64,000 bases of DNA, from assembly GCA_021776785.1 (NCBI GenBank), contig JAJFFF010000001.1, positions 187,129-251,128 on the forward strand, written 5' to 3'. Under the pieces are notes generated by a model that did not search any database, had not been told where the DNA came from, and saw nothing but the letters and a program-made list of their open reading frames with translations. The DNA is from Planctomycetota bacterium (GTDB lineage: Bacteria > Planctomycetota > PLA2). Each line of letters opens with the position of its first letter. Within the stretch, counting starts at the first letter, position 1. The position numbers and the translations under genes are program-made. This document shows, piece by piece, positions 17,842 through 27,521 of this stretch.

Positions 17842-18302
17842 TGACGCCCGCCGCCGCGCTGCAAGAAGCGCTTCCCGATGCGGTCGTCGAAGTCATTGAA
17901 GACGGCACGCATCCGTTTGTGCGCGTCCAAGGCGAGAAAATCGTCGAGGCCGCGCGCGTGCTGCGCGAAAAGTGCGGCGCCGAGATGTTGCACCAAGTCT
18001 CGGGCATGGACTTTGAAGACCGCTACGAAGTCGTTTACCACTTTGCGCGTCTCGCCAGTCCCGCCGAGTTTTTCTGCCTTAAGGTTTCGCTGCCGCGCGA
18101 CAACCCCCAACTACCGTCGCTCGCGAACGAGTGGCGTGCGGCGAACTGGGGCGAGCGCGAGACATGGGACTTGATGGGGATTCGATTCATCGGCCACCCG
18201 CATCACTACCGCATTTTGTTGTCGGAAGATTGGGTAGGCCACCCGCTGCGTAAGGACTATCAGATGCCGACGAGCTATCACGGCATCGATTGCACGAAGT
18301 GA
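17838..18302 (+). CDS. nuoC: NADH-quinone oxidoreductase subunit C (30-kDa subunit)
   Basis: DRYEVVYHF...[23 protein letters not shown] is the NuoC family signature. It overlaps nuoB (ATGATG). Confidence 0.9.
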   Translation: MMTPAAALQEALPDAVVEVIEDGTHPFVRVQGEKIVEAARVLREKCGAEMLHQVSGMDFEDRYEVVYHFARLASPAEFFCLKVSLPRDNPQLPSLANEWRAANWGERETWDLMGIRFIGHPHHYRILLSEDWVGHPLRKDYQMPTSYHGIDCTK

Positions 18303-19483
18303 CCATGGAAACGATCCAGGGAGTCAAACTCAACGAGGGCGAACGCGCCGCGCCGGTTCTGCCGCGCGACATTCAATCGGATGAGCTCGTCTTCAACATG
18401 GGCCCGCAGCACCCGTCCACGCACGGCGTGTTGCGCTTGATGTTGCGGACCGACGGCGAAGTCGTGTTGGAGGCGCAGCCGCTTATCGGCAATCTCCATC
18501 GCTGCTGCGAAAAGATCCTCGAGAACCTGACGTATGTGCAGGGCCTGCCCTATGTCGATCGCATGGACTATCTCGGTGCGATCAACATGGAGATGGGGCT
18601 TGTGCTGCCCGTCGAAAAAGCGGCCGGTGTCGAAGTGCCGAAGCGCGCGCAGTATCTGCGCGTCGTCATGTGCGAATTGAACCGCGTGATCAGTCACCTG
18701 TTTGCGGCCGGCCAGTTCGGTCTCGACATGGGCGCGTTCACACCGTTCCTCTACATGTTCCGCGAGCGCGAAGAGGGCATCAATGTCCTCAACGAGATCA
18801 CGGGTGGGCGGCTGCTTTACCACTACATCCGCTACGGCGGCGTGACGCGCGACGTTCCCAAGGGTTGGATCGAGCGCTGCTTGAAGTGGTGCGATCGCGT
18901 TGACGAACACATGGACGAGTACAACTCGCTCCTTACGTACAACCACATCTTCTTGAATCGCACGTGCGGCGTCGCCGTGCTCGACAAAGAGACGTGCTTG
19001 GACTACGGCGTTACCGGTCCGATTCTGCGCGCCGCCGGCGTGCCGCGCGATCTGCGCAAGGACATGCCTTACTCGTGTTATGAGGACTTCGACTTCGACG
19101 TCCCCGTCGGACCGTTCGAGAAGGGCGTCGCCGGCGATTCCTGGAACCGCCACCGCCAGCGTTTGCGCGAGGCGGAAGAGAGCATCAAGATCATTCGCCA
19201 GGCGTTGAAGAACTTGCCCGAGGGCGAGACGCAACACCCGAAGGTGACGCGCGCGTGGAAAGCGCCTGCCGGTGAGGCTTACGTCGCATCGGAAGCACCG
19301 CGCGGCGAGATCTCTGCGTACTTCGTATCCGACGGCGGCAAGTTCCCGTACCGCATGCGGATGCGCGGCCCGTCGTTTTACAACATCGCCGTTTTGGAGA
19401 CGTGCTCGCGCGGACTCTTAATCGGTGACCTGATCGCGCTCATGGGGAGCGTGGACATTACTTTGGGCGAGGTGGACCGATGA
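18290..19483 (+). CDS. nuoD: NADH-quinone oxidoreductase subunit D (49-kDa subunit)
   Basis: NMGPQHPSTHGVLRL...RMDYLGAINMEMGL...YYNIAVLETCSRGLLIGDLIALMGSVDITLGEVDR is canonical NuoD. Confidence 0.9.
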   Translation: MHEVTMETIQGVKLNEGERAAPVLPRDIQSDELVFNMGPQHPSTHGVLRLMLRTDGEVVLEAQPLIGNLHRCCEKILENLTYVQGLPYVDRMDYLGAINMEMGLVLPVEKAAGVEVPKRAQYLRVVMCELNRVISHLFAAGQFGLDMGAFTPFLYMFREREEGINVLNEITGGRLLYHYIRYGGVTRDVPKGWIERCLKWCDRVDEHMDEYNSLLTYNHIFLNRTCGVAVLDKETCLDYGVTGPILRAAGVPRDLRKDMPYSCYEDFDFDVPVGPFEKGVAGDSWNRHRQRLREAEESIKIIRQALKNLPEGETQHPKVTRAWKAPAGEAYVASEAPRGEISAYFVSDGGKFPYRMRMRGPSFYNIAVLETCSRGLLIGDLIALMGSVDITLGEVDR

Positions 19484-20580
19484 TCCTCGCCGAAGTGGTC
19501 CCGCTGTCCGCCAAGCTCGCCGTCCTCATGGCGGACTTTGTCGGCGCATCGCCGATCTGGATTTTTCATGCGATCGGATCGTTGATCGTGGCGGTCGGTG
19601 TGTTGGCCTTAGTCGTCACACCGGTCGGTCTCGGCGGCGTGTACTTGGAGCGCAAGCTCGCCGGCCGCATGCAAAACCGTAGCGGTCCGAACCGCGTCGG
19701 CCCGTACGGCTTGCTGCAAACGCTCGCCGATGGCGTGAAGCTCCTCGCGAAAGAGGACATTGCGCAGGAAGGCGCGGACCTTCCGCTCTTCCGCATGGCG
19801 CCCTACATCGTGTTCCTGGCGGCGTTCGCTGGGTTTGTGGTGTTGCCCTTTGCGCCAGGAGTGATCGCCGCGGACTTAGATGTCGGCATCTTTTACTTCT
19901 TGGCGCTCATCGGACTCGAGACGATCGGCATCGTCATGGCGGGCTGGTCGTCGAACAACAAGTGGTCGCTGCTTGGTTCCATGCGCGAAGTCGCGCAGGT
20001 CGTGAGCTACGAACTGCCGCTCGGTATTTCCGCGATGGTGCCCGTGATTGCGGCGGGCACGATGTCGGTCTACGGCATCACCGAAGCCCAAAGCGGCCAC
20101 ATCTTCAACTGGTTTCTACTCAAGGACGGCTACTGGGCGATCGTCATGATCCCGTCGTTCTTGGTCTTTTATGTGTCGAGTCTCGCGGCCGCCAAGCGCG
20201 CGCCGTTCGACCTGCCCGAGGCGGAGTCGGAACTCGTTGCCGGATTCCACACCGAGTATTCGGGGATGCGTTTCGGCATGTTCTTCCTGCCTGAATACGC
20301 CGTGATGTTGTCGCTAAGCGGCATCACGACGGCGCTCTTTTTGGGTGGCTGGCACGACCCGTTCGGCATGTCCGGCGAGGGTGGAACGTTTCACAATGTG
20401 TGGTGGTGGGGCCTGATCTGGTTCTTCTTAAAAGCCACGATCTTGTTCCTGTCGCAGATCCTGTTGCGCTGGACGCTGCCGCGTCTGCGCGTCGACCAGG
20501 TGATGTACCTCTGCTACAAGGTTTTGCTGCCCATTTCGATGGTGTGTCTCGTGGTGGCCGCCGCGATGAGGTTGATCTAA
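19480..20580 (+). CDS. nuoH: NADH-quinone oxidoreductase subunit H (ND1)
   Basis: ERKLAGRMQNRSGPNRVGPYGLLQTLADGVKLL... is canonical NuoH, and the protein is multi-TM. It directly follows nuoD, with no nuoEFG between. Confidence 0.9.
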   Translation: MILAEVVPLSAKLAVLMADFVGASPIWIFHAIGSLIVAVGVLALVVTPVGLGGVYLERKLAGRMQNRSGPNRVGPYGLLQTLADGVKLLAKEDIAQEGADLPLFRMAPYIVFLAAFAGFVVLPFAPGVIAADLDVGIFYFLALIGLETIGIVMAGWSSNNKWSLLGSMREVAQVVSYELPLGISAMVPVIAAGTMSVYGITEAQSGHIFNWFLLKDGYWAIVMIPSFLVFYVSSLAAAKRAPFDLPEAESELVAGFHTEYSGMRFGMFFLPEYAVMLSLSGITTALFLGGWHDPFGMSGEGGTFHNVWWWGLIWFFLKATILFLSQILLRWTLPRLRVDQVMYLCYKVLLPISMVCLVVAAAMRLI

Positions 20581-21056
20581 TGCTGAGCTTTCGCCAATGG
20601 GCCGGCAACGTGTGGAACGGTCTTAAGACGACCTTTACCGGGCTGTCGATCACCGTCCCTTACATCTTTCGTAAGCCGTACACGCTGCAATACCCCGAAG
20701 AGGTGCCGGAGATTCCGACGACGGAACGCGGCCTGCACAACTTCGAGGTCGATCTCTGCATCGCCTGCGATCAGTGCGCCAAGATTTGCCCCGTCGATTG
20801 CATCGCGATCGAGGCGGAAGGCAAAGGCAAGTTCGCGCGCATGACGAAGTTCGAAATCGACTACACGAAGTGCCTCTTTTGCGCGCTTTGCTGTGAGCCG
20901 TGCCCGACCGAGTGCATTCACATGGGCCCGACGTTTGATCTTGTCGGGTACACGCGCGAAGAAGTCATCATCAACTACGCGGACCGCGAGAACCCACGGA
21001 CGTTTTCGGACGGCGAAAAGTTGCCGTACGAAATCGTCTCGTTCGCGAGGAAATAA
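20580..21056 (+). CDS. nuoI: NADH-quinone oxidoreductase subunit I (2x[4Fe-4S] ferredoxin-like)
   Basis: CIACDQCAKICP and CLFCALCCEPCP are two CxxCxxCxxxCP motifs. The start overlaps the nuoH stop (TAATG). The track ORF has a spurious N-terminal extension from 20400. Confidence 0.9.
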   Translation: MLSFRQWAGNVWNGLKTTFTGLSITVPYIFRKPYTLQYPEEVPEIPTTERGLHNFEVDLCIACDQCAKICPVDCIAIEAEGKGKFARMTKFEIDYTKCLFCALCCEPCPTECIHMGPTFDLVGYTREEVIINYADRENPRTFSDGEKLPYEIVSFARK

Positions 21057-21059
21057 CGG

Positions 21060-21557
21060 ATGGGTATCGACGCGATCGTCTGGTGGCTGTTTGCCGCTGT
21101 TTCCGTTGTGGGAAGTTTGTTTGCGGTGCTCTCGCCGAGCATCGTGCGGGCTGTGTTCTCGCTTCTGCTCGCGTTCGGCGGAGTCGCCGGCATCTATGCG
21201 GTGGCGGGCGCGGACTTCTTGGCGATTTTGCAAATCGTCGTCTACGTCGGCGGCGTGCTCGTACTGATCGCATTCGGCATTTTGCTGACGGGGCGGACAG
21301 CCCAGGCGTTGGGCGAGCACGAGGTCAAGAACCGCCCGCTCGGCATCTTGATCGCGGCCGGCATCTTCATCGGCCTGCTTGGCGCGCTCATGAAGTCGAG
21401 CTTCAAAATCGGCGGTAACGCCACCAATGAACCGACGACCGAAGCCATCGGCAAGCTCTTGCTCGGCGACTACATCGTCGCGTTCGAGTTCGCATCGGTG
21501 TTCCTGTTGATGGCGCTGATCGGCGCTGCGTACTTGGTGCGAAGGGAAGAGGCATGA
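21060..21557 (+). CDS. nuoJ: NADH-quinone oxidoreductase subunit J (ND6)
   Basis: Hydrophobic ~165-aa protein in the position and size of NuoJ. LAILQIVVYVGGVLVLIAFGILL matches the NuoJ core. Confidence 0.85.
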   Translation: MGIDAIVWWLFAAVSVVGSLFAVLSPSIVRAVFSLLLAFGGVAGIYAVAGADFLAILQIVVYVGGVLVLIAFGILLTGRTAQALGEHEVKNRPLGILIAAGIFIGLLGALMKSSFKIGGNATNEPTTEAIGKLLLGDYIVAFEFASVFLLMALIGAAYLVRREEA

Positions 21558-21859
21558 GTATTGGTCCGTACCACTACCTCGGTCTCGCCGCGGCGCTATT
21601 CGCCATCGGTGTGATCGGTGTCGTCACGCGGCGTAACGCGATCGGCGTACTGATCGGCGTCGAGCTGATGCTCAACGCGGCCAACATCAACCTTGTCGCG
21701 TTCAGTCGCTTCAGCGGCGGGCTCGATGCGCAGATCTTTGCGATCTTCGTCATCGTGATCGCGGCAGCGGAAGCCGCCGTCGCGCTGGCGATCATTTTGC
21801 AACTCTTTGAAAAGCGCAGCGACGTCGATGTGGACCGCGCGCGGACGTTGAGGGGCTAA
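21554..21859 (+). CDS. nuoK: NADH-quinone oxidoreductase subunit K (ND4L)
   Basis: ~100 aa with 3 TM helices. GLAAALFAIGVIGVVTRRNAIGVLIGVELMLNAANINLVAFS is the canonical NuoK sequence. Confidence 0.9.
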   Translation: MSIGPYHYLGLAAALFAIGVIGVVTRRNAIGVLIGVELMLNAANINLVAFSRFSGGLDAQIFAIFVIVIAAAEAAVALAIILQLFEKRSDVDVDRARTLRG

Positions 21860-21863
21860 ACGA

Positions 21864-23873
21864 GTGCAAGTCGATCTTCCTTCTTACGTCCCGTGGATCA
21901 TTTTTGCGCCGGCGATTGCCGCGCTGATCCAGCACTTCCGTGGCGAGAAGTTGCCGCGCAAGGGCGACCTCGTCGTCATCGGCGGCATCTTGGTGTCGGC
22001 GTTTTTGAGCTTCCGCCTCATGTTCGAGTGGGCGGCCCTTGAGCCCGGCCAATACTTCGAGCAGACGTGGTCCTGGTTCACGCTTGCCGGCGGTCATACG
22101 TTCACGATGGGCATCGTGGTCGATGGGTTAACCGCGTCGTTGCTTTGCGTGGTCACACTCGTCGCGACGCTGGTGTTCTGTTTCTCAACGGCCTACATGA
22201 AGGGTGACGAGTACTACCACCGCTTCTTCTTCTGGCTTTCGTTCTTCGCCGTGTCGATGTTGATCCTCACGCTCGCGGACAACTTGCTCATGCTCTTCAT
22301 GGGCTGGGAGCTCGTGGGCCTTTGCTCATACAAGCTGATCGGCTTTTGGAGCAAGGAGATCCCGAACGCGGAGGCGGCCAAGAAAGCGTTCATCACGACG
22401 CGCGTGGGCGACGTCGGCATGCTCATCGGCATGTTGATCCTCTACGCGACATGCGACTCGCTTTCGATCAAGGCCATCTTCGAGGGCGTGCAGGCCGGCA
22501 AGTTCGCCGGTTCCGAGACCGCGCTCACGTGGGCCGGGATCGGCATCTTCTTCGGCGCGGTTGGTAAGTCGGCGCAGTTCCCGCTCCAGATCTGGCTGCC
22601 GGACGCGATGGCGGGTCCGACACCGGTTTCCGCCCTCATCCACGCGGCCACGATGGTCGCGGCGGGCGTATATCTGACGGCGCGAATGTTCCCGATCTTT
22701 ACGCCGGACGCGCTCGGCTTTATCGCCTGGACCGGCGGCATCACGGCGCTCCTGGCGGCATTGGTCGCGTTTACGCAGACCGACATCAAGAAGGTGCTCG
22801 CGTACTCGACGGTGAGTCAGCTCGGGTACATGATCATGGGTGTCGGCGTCGGCGCGCCGTGGGCGGGCATGTTCCACCTCACGACGCACGCGATGTTTAA
22901 GGCGTGCCTGTTCCTGGGTTCGGGTTCGGTCATCCACGCGATGCACCACGCCCAAGACCTAAAGGACATGGGCGGATTGGCCAAAAAGATGCCGATCACG
23001 TTCGCCACGTTCTCCATCGCGACGTTGGCGCTTGCGGGCGCACCGTTTTTCTCGGGCTTTTTGAGCAAGGACGCGATCCTGATCGAAGCGTGGGAGAACG
23101 GGCACGGAGCGCTGTTTTTCATCGGACTCGGCGCCGCGTTCGGCACCGCGTTCTACATGGGCCGCTTGGTCTACCTCTGCTTCTTGGGCAAGCCGCGCAA
23201 CCAGGAGAAGTACGACCACGCGCACGAGTCGCCGTGGGTCATGACGGTGCCGCTGATCATCTTGGCGGCGCTCTCGCTGTCGGTGTTTTACGACGGGTTC
23301 GCGGACAAGTTCTATCGGACGCCCGCGTACGCCGCGGAGTTTCCGATCACGGAGACGAACACGCACGCGTACTGGACGACGGGCCAAAGACCCGACGACT
23401 TCCACGAGGGCCACGGCCCGAGTTGGTTTCACACCGTCGCGATGTTGATGGGGGTGATCGGACTCGGTGTCGGCGGCGCGATCTTTATGTCCGGCAAGCG
23501 CAACGAGAAGACGCGCTTGTTGCCGTCGGGCCTGCACGACCTGGCCGCGGGCAAGTACTACATGGATGAACTCTATCTCGATGGGTTTGTCGCCTCTGCG
23601 AATCGTCTGGCCGACGGCTGCACATGGGTGGACGACAACATCGTCGATGGGTTGGTCAATACATCCGGGAAGGGCGGCCTCGTCTTAGGCGTGGTGAGCG
23701 CGGACGCGGATCAGTTAGTGGTGGACGGCGCCGTCAACTTGACGGCCGCCGCGACACAGGGTGCCGGTGCGGTTGCTTCGACCGCGCAATCGGGACGGGT
23801 ACGTAACTATTTGGCTGCAGCACTCGGCGTTACCGCCGTCGCAGTCGTTCTCTTAGTGTTCGTGATTGGATAA
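21864..23873 (+). CDS. nuoL: NADH-quinone oxidoreductase subunit L (ND5, antiporter-like)
   Basis: 669 aa. MGWELVGLCSYKLIGFW and the TTHAMFKACLFLGSGSVIHAMHHAQDL motif are present. Confidence 0.9.
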   Translation: MQVDLPSYVPWIIFAPAIAALIQHFRGEKLPRKGDLVVIGGILVSAFLSFRLMFEWAALEPGQYFEQTWSWFTLAGGHTFTMGIVVDGLTASLLCVVTLVATLVFCFSTAYMKGDEYYHRFFFWLSFFAVSMLILTLADNLLMLFMGWELVGLCSYKLIGFWSKEIPNAEAAKKAFITTRVGDVGMLIGMLILYATCDSLSIKAIFEGVQAGKFAGSETALTWAGIGIFFGAVGKSAQFPLQIWLPDAMAGPTPVSALIHAATMVAAGVYLTARMFPIFTPDALGFIAWTGGITALLAALVAFTQTDIKKVLAYSTVSQLGYMIMGVGVGAPWAGMFHLTTHAMFKACLFLGSGSVIHAMHHAQDLKDMGGLAKKMPITFATFSIATLALAGAPFFSGFLSKDAILIEAWENGHGALFFIGLGAAFGTAFYMGRLVYLCFLGKPRNQEKYDHAHESPWVMTVPLIILAALSLSVFYDGFADKFYRTPAYAAEFPITETNTHAYWTTGQRPDDFHEGHGPSWFHTVAMLMGVIGLGVGGAIFMSGKRNEKTRLLPSGLHDLAAGKYYMDELYLDGFVASANRLADGCTWVDDNIVDGLVNTSGKGGLVLGVVSADADQLVVDGAVNLTAAATQGAGAVASTAQSGRVRNYLAAALGVTAVAVVLLVFVIG

Positions 23874-23876
23874 GCG

Positions 23877-25436
23877 ATGTCAGCGCTGACCTTTGCCATT
23901 TTTGCCCCGATTGTGGGCATGATCGCCATCCTCTTTGTCAAAAAAGAGGAAGCCGAGAAGGCGAAAACCATTGGTTTTCTCACCTCGCTGGTGATGTTTG
24001 CAGCCTGCACGTATGTCGCGTGGCAGTGCTTCCACATTCCGGAGGGCCAGCAGTACGTTCTGGAATCGAAGGCGCTTTGGATCGACCTCGGCGGGTCGTT
24101 CCAAGTGCACTATCACATCGGCGTGGACGGCTTGTCCGGCATGCTGATCTTCCTGACGGGTTTGCTGTCGGTGTGCGCCGCGCTCGCGTCGTTCACGATC
24201 AAGCAAAGCGTGCGCGGCTACTGGGCGATGTTCCTGTTGCTCCACTGCGGCGTCATCGGAACGTTTGCGTCCTTAGACATGTTCCTGTTCTACGTGTTCT
24301 GGGAGATCATGCTCCTGCCGATGTATTTCCTCATCGGCGTGTGGGGCGGGCCGCGGCGGATCTATGCCGCGATCAAGTTCTTCCTATACACGTTGTTTGG
24401 CTCGATCTTCCTGCTCGCAGGCATCCTGATCGTGTACTTCGCCGTTACGGCGGAGGGTTCCGGATTTACGGGGAACCCATTTAGCATCCCGGACCTAACG
24501 GACTACGCGCTCGCGATGAAGGGGAGCGGAGGCATCCTCCACAACTTCGCGTCGAGCCTGTCGTGGATCCCAACGGCTGTGTTCTGGGGTATGTTCGTCG
24601 CCTTCGCGGTGAAGGTGCCGGTGTTCCCGTTCCACACGTGGTTGCCCGACGCGCACGTTGAAGCGCCGACGCCGATCTCGGTCATCCTGGCCGGCATCCT
24701 GTTGAAGCTCGGCGGCTACGGCATGTTGCGCATCAACTTCCCGCTGTTCCCCGAGGTGTTGGCGGATAGCGCGTTCATCATCGGAACGTTGGGCTGTATC
24801 AGCATCGTGTACGGCGCGCTCGTCGCGATGGCGCAGACTGACTTCAAGAAGATGGTCGCGTACTCGTCCGTGTCGCACATGGGCTTTTGCTTGCTCGGCT
24901 TCGCATCGATGACGAGCGAAGGCATGAACGGCGCGATTCTGCAGCTGTTTAACCACGGCACGATCTCCGGCATGCTGTTCTTGGTGGTCGGCGTCGTGTA
25001 CGAACGCGCGCATCACCGCGACTTAAACCGCTTCGGCGGCTTGATGTGGCGCATGCCTGTGTACGCCACGATTTCGTCGATTGCGATCTTCGCGTCGATC
25101 GGCCTCCCAGGCCTGTCCGGTTTCTGGGGCGAGTTCTTGTCGTTCGCCGGATCGTTTAAGGGCCTCTACAGCGGCGCGAAGATCATCACGGTCATCGCTA
25201 CGCTCGGCCTTGTGTTCACGGCGGCGTACTACTTGCGCGCCATCCAAAAGGTGTTTCTCGGGAAGACCAACCCCGCGTGCGAACAGTTCCCTGACCTGGA
25301 CAAGCGCGAGTTCTGGATGATCATGCCGCTGCTTGTGCCGACGATCTTGTTCGGTATCTATCCGAAGTACTTAATCGAGATCTACCAACCGTTCGTGGAG
25401 AGCTTCATGACCCTGGTGGCTAAGGTCGGAGCGTAG
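23877..25436 (+). CDS. nuoM: NADH-quinone oxidoreductase subunit M (ND4)
   Basis: FYVFWEIMLLPMYFLIGVWGG...HTWLPDAHVEAPTPISVILAGILLKLGGYG is canonical NuoM. Confidence 0.9.
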   Translation: MSALTFAIFAPIVGMIAILFVKKEEAEKAKTIGFLTSLVMFAACTYVAWQCFHIPEGQQYVLESKALWIDLGGSFQVHYHIGVDGLSGMLIFLTGLLSVCAALASFTIKQSVRGYWAMFLLLHCGVIGTFASLDMFLFYVFWEIMLLPMYFLIGVWGGPRRIYAAIKFFLYTLFGSIFLLAGILIVYFAVTAEGSGFTGNPFSIPDLTDYALAMKGSGGILHNFASSLSWIPTAVFWGMFVAFAVKVPVFPFHTWLPDAHVEAPTPISVILAGILLKLGGYGMLRINFPLFPEVLADSAFIIGTLGCISIVYGALVAMAQTDFKKMVAYSSVSHMGFCLLGFASMTSEGMNGAILQLFNHGTISGMLFLVVGVVYERAHHRDLNRFGGLMWRMPVYATISSIAIFASIGLPGLSGFWGEFLSFAGSFKGLYSGAKIITVIATLGLVFTAAYYLRAIQKVFLGKTNPACEQFPDLDKREFWMIMPLLVPTILFGIYPKYLIEIYQPFVESFMTLVAKVGA

Positions 25437-25440
25437 CCCC

Positions 25441-26949
25441 ATGTTGCTCGCGCAGTCTTGGATCCCCGATCTCTCGGCGATCTTCACGCAGTTCGCCGCC
25501 GAAGCGGTGTTGTGCTTGGCGATCCCGGTGATCATTTTGGCCGACGTGTTCGCCGGCCCGGCGCGCCGCGAGAAGGTAGCGGGGCTGATCGGTATGGGGG
25601 CGTTGGTGCTGGCATTCGTGCTCGCACTCATCCAACCCGCCGACGGCGTCATGCTGACGAAGCTTCTGCGCGCGGACGGCTTAGCGAAGGCCTTCCGGCT
25701 GATCGCGATTGCCACCGGCGTGATCGCCGCCGTCGGCGCCATGCGCGGCGAGATTACGAAAGCGCGCACGGAGTTTTACGTGTGCCTGCTCGGCGCCGTC
25801 GTGGGGGCCTGCCTGACCGCGGCCGCCAACGATCTGGCGATGCTGTATCTCGCGATCGAAACGCTTTCGATCGCCGGCTATCTCCTCGCGGGCTTTCGCA
25901 AGGACAACGCCAAGAGCGCCGAGGCTGCCATGAAGTACGTGATCTTCGGCGCGATCGCGTCGGCGATCATGCTCTACGGCATGACGCTTGTGTACGGCTT
26001 TGCCGGCACATCGACGATCGCCACGCCGGAAGGAATGACGTACGCATCCATCGCAAGCGAAGCGGCAACCGCCGCCATGTCGCCCGCGTTCTTGATCGCG
26101 GTCGTCTTGGTGTTCGCCGGTCTCGCCTACAAAATCGCGGCGGCTCCCTTCCAGTTCTGGTGCCCGGACGTTTACGAGGGCGCACCCACTTCGGTCGCGG
26201 CGTTTTTGGCCGTGGCAAGCAAGGGCGCGGGCTTCGCGGTCATCCTGCGCTTTTTCTCAGCCGTGACGAGCGGCGGCGACATGACGGAGACCCTGCAGGC
26301 GGTGCTGCTCATTGTCGCGTTGGTCACGATGACCATCGGCAACCTGGCGGCACTGCGGCAAAACAACGCGAAGCGTCTGCTCGCGTACAGCGCCATCGCG
26401 CACGCGGGATACCTGTTGGTCGGCGTCGCCGTAACCAATCAGGCCGGCGCGACGGCGGTGGTGTTCTACATGATGGTCTACCTGTTTATGACGCTCGGTG
26501 CGTTCTACATGGTGGGCATCGTGGAGAGGCAGACCGGTCGCACCGATATCGACGCCTACACGGGCCTTGGCTTCCGCGCCCCGATGTTCGCAGCGTGCTT
26601 GGCGATCTGCTTGATCAGCTTGACGGGCCTGCCGCCGACGGCCGGTTTCCCGGGCAAGTTCTTCCTGTTCCAGCAGGTATTTGCGCACGCGGGCGAGCAG
26701 CAATCGTCGCTCTTTTTCTGGGGCGGCGTGATTGGGTTGCTCAACGGCGTGATTTCGCTGGGCTACTACACGCGCTTTCTCAAAGTCATGTATCTCTGCG
26801 ACCGTGACCAGATCCCGACGGGAAGTTTCGCGTTTGGCGGCATCGACCGCGGCATGGTGTTGATGCTGACGGCGCCTGTCTTGGTGTTGGGCATCGCGTT
26901 TCAGGGATTGCGTGAACTGGCGGACACGCTGGCGAAGGGGATCTTTTAA
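25441..26949 (+). CDS. nuoN: NADH-quinone oxidoreductase subunit N (ND2)
   Basis: LAMLYLAIETLSIAGYLLAGF...FQFWCPDVYEGAPTSVAAFL is canonical NuoN. Confidence 0.9.
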   Translation: MLLAQSWIPDLSAIFTQFAAEAVLCLAIPVIILADVFAGPARREKVAGLIGMGALVLAFVLALIQPADGVMLTKLLRADGLAKAFRLIAIATGVIAAVGAMRGEITKARTEFYVCLLGAVVGACLTAAANDLAMLYLAIETLSIAGYLLAGFRKDNAKSAEAAMKYVIFGAIASAIMLYGMTLVYGFAGTSTIATPEGMTYASIASEAATAAMSPAFLIAVVLVFAGLAYKIAAAPFQFWCPDVYEGAPTSVAAFLAVASKGAGFAVILRFFSAVTSGGDMTETLQAVLLIVALVTMTIGNLAALRQNNAKRLLAYSAIAHAGYLLVGVAVTNQAGATAVVFYMMVYLFMTLGAFYMVGIVERQTGRTDIDAYTGLGFRAPMFAACLAICLISLTGLPPTAGFPGKFFLFQQVFAHAGEQQSSLFFWGGVIGLLNGVISLGYYTRFLKVMYLCDRDQIPTGSFAFGGIDRGMVLMLTAPVLVLGIAFQGLRELADTLAKGIF

Positions 26950-27455
26950 TGCTCGACCACGAAGCGAAGATCTCGGTCCTGAATCGGACACTTCATCACA
27001 CCGTGAACTCGGTGCTGCAATACGTCGAAGTTTCGACGCCCTATATTCCGGCGGGATTTGAGGATCGATACGAAGCGGTGAAACTTCTCCGCGACGAGGA
27101 AATCGCGAGCGCCAACAAGTTGGTCGACATGATCAACGGGCTGGACGGCGTTCCGTCGGTCGGCGTCTTTCCGTATTGGAACGTCGACCTGAACTATCTC
27201 GATTTTCGTTTCATGGCGGAGTTCGCCGCGCAGCACATCGCGAAAGCGATCGCCGTTTTGGAGCGTGACCTGGCAACCGTTGGCCGCGACGCCGAGTTGG
27301 TGGCGCTCCTGGGCGACGTCTTGAAGCAACGACGCGTCCATCACGACGCTTTGCTGGTTGCCAGTGGTGCCGCCGACGAAATCGCTGCCGAAGCCGCTGC
27401 CGAGGCCGCCCAAAAATCGACCGACGAAGCCAAAACCGCTGACGCGGCGGAGTAG
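26949..27455 (+). CDS. hypothetical protein translationally coupled to nuoN (168 aa, helical, Ala/Glu-rich C-terminus)
   Basis: The ATG overlaps the nuoN stop (TAATG). I recognise no family. Confidence 0.5.
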   Translation: MLDHEAKISVLNRTLHHTVNSVLQYVEVSTPYIPAGFEDRYEAVKLLRDEEIASANKLVDMINGLDGVPSVGVFPYWNVDLNYLDFRFMAEFAAQHIAKAIAVLERDLATVGRDAELVALLGDVLKQRRVHHDALLVASGAADEIAAEAAAEAAQKSTDEAKTADAAE

Positions 27456-27521
27456 CGCGTTCCGCGCGCGGTGACCGGAATCGGCGGCGCTGTTTCCGGG
27501 CGATCGGGTTACGATGCCGAC

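Noticed and set aside
16873-18110. Long antisense ORFs 16873..17787 (-) and 17313..18110 (-) with GRFGLRLRL / SALGASAFG repeats
   Set aside because: They are antisense to the nuoB 27-nt coding repeats. nuoB on the plus strand has strong family support, so these are high-GC repeat artefacts.
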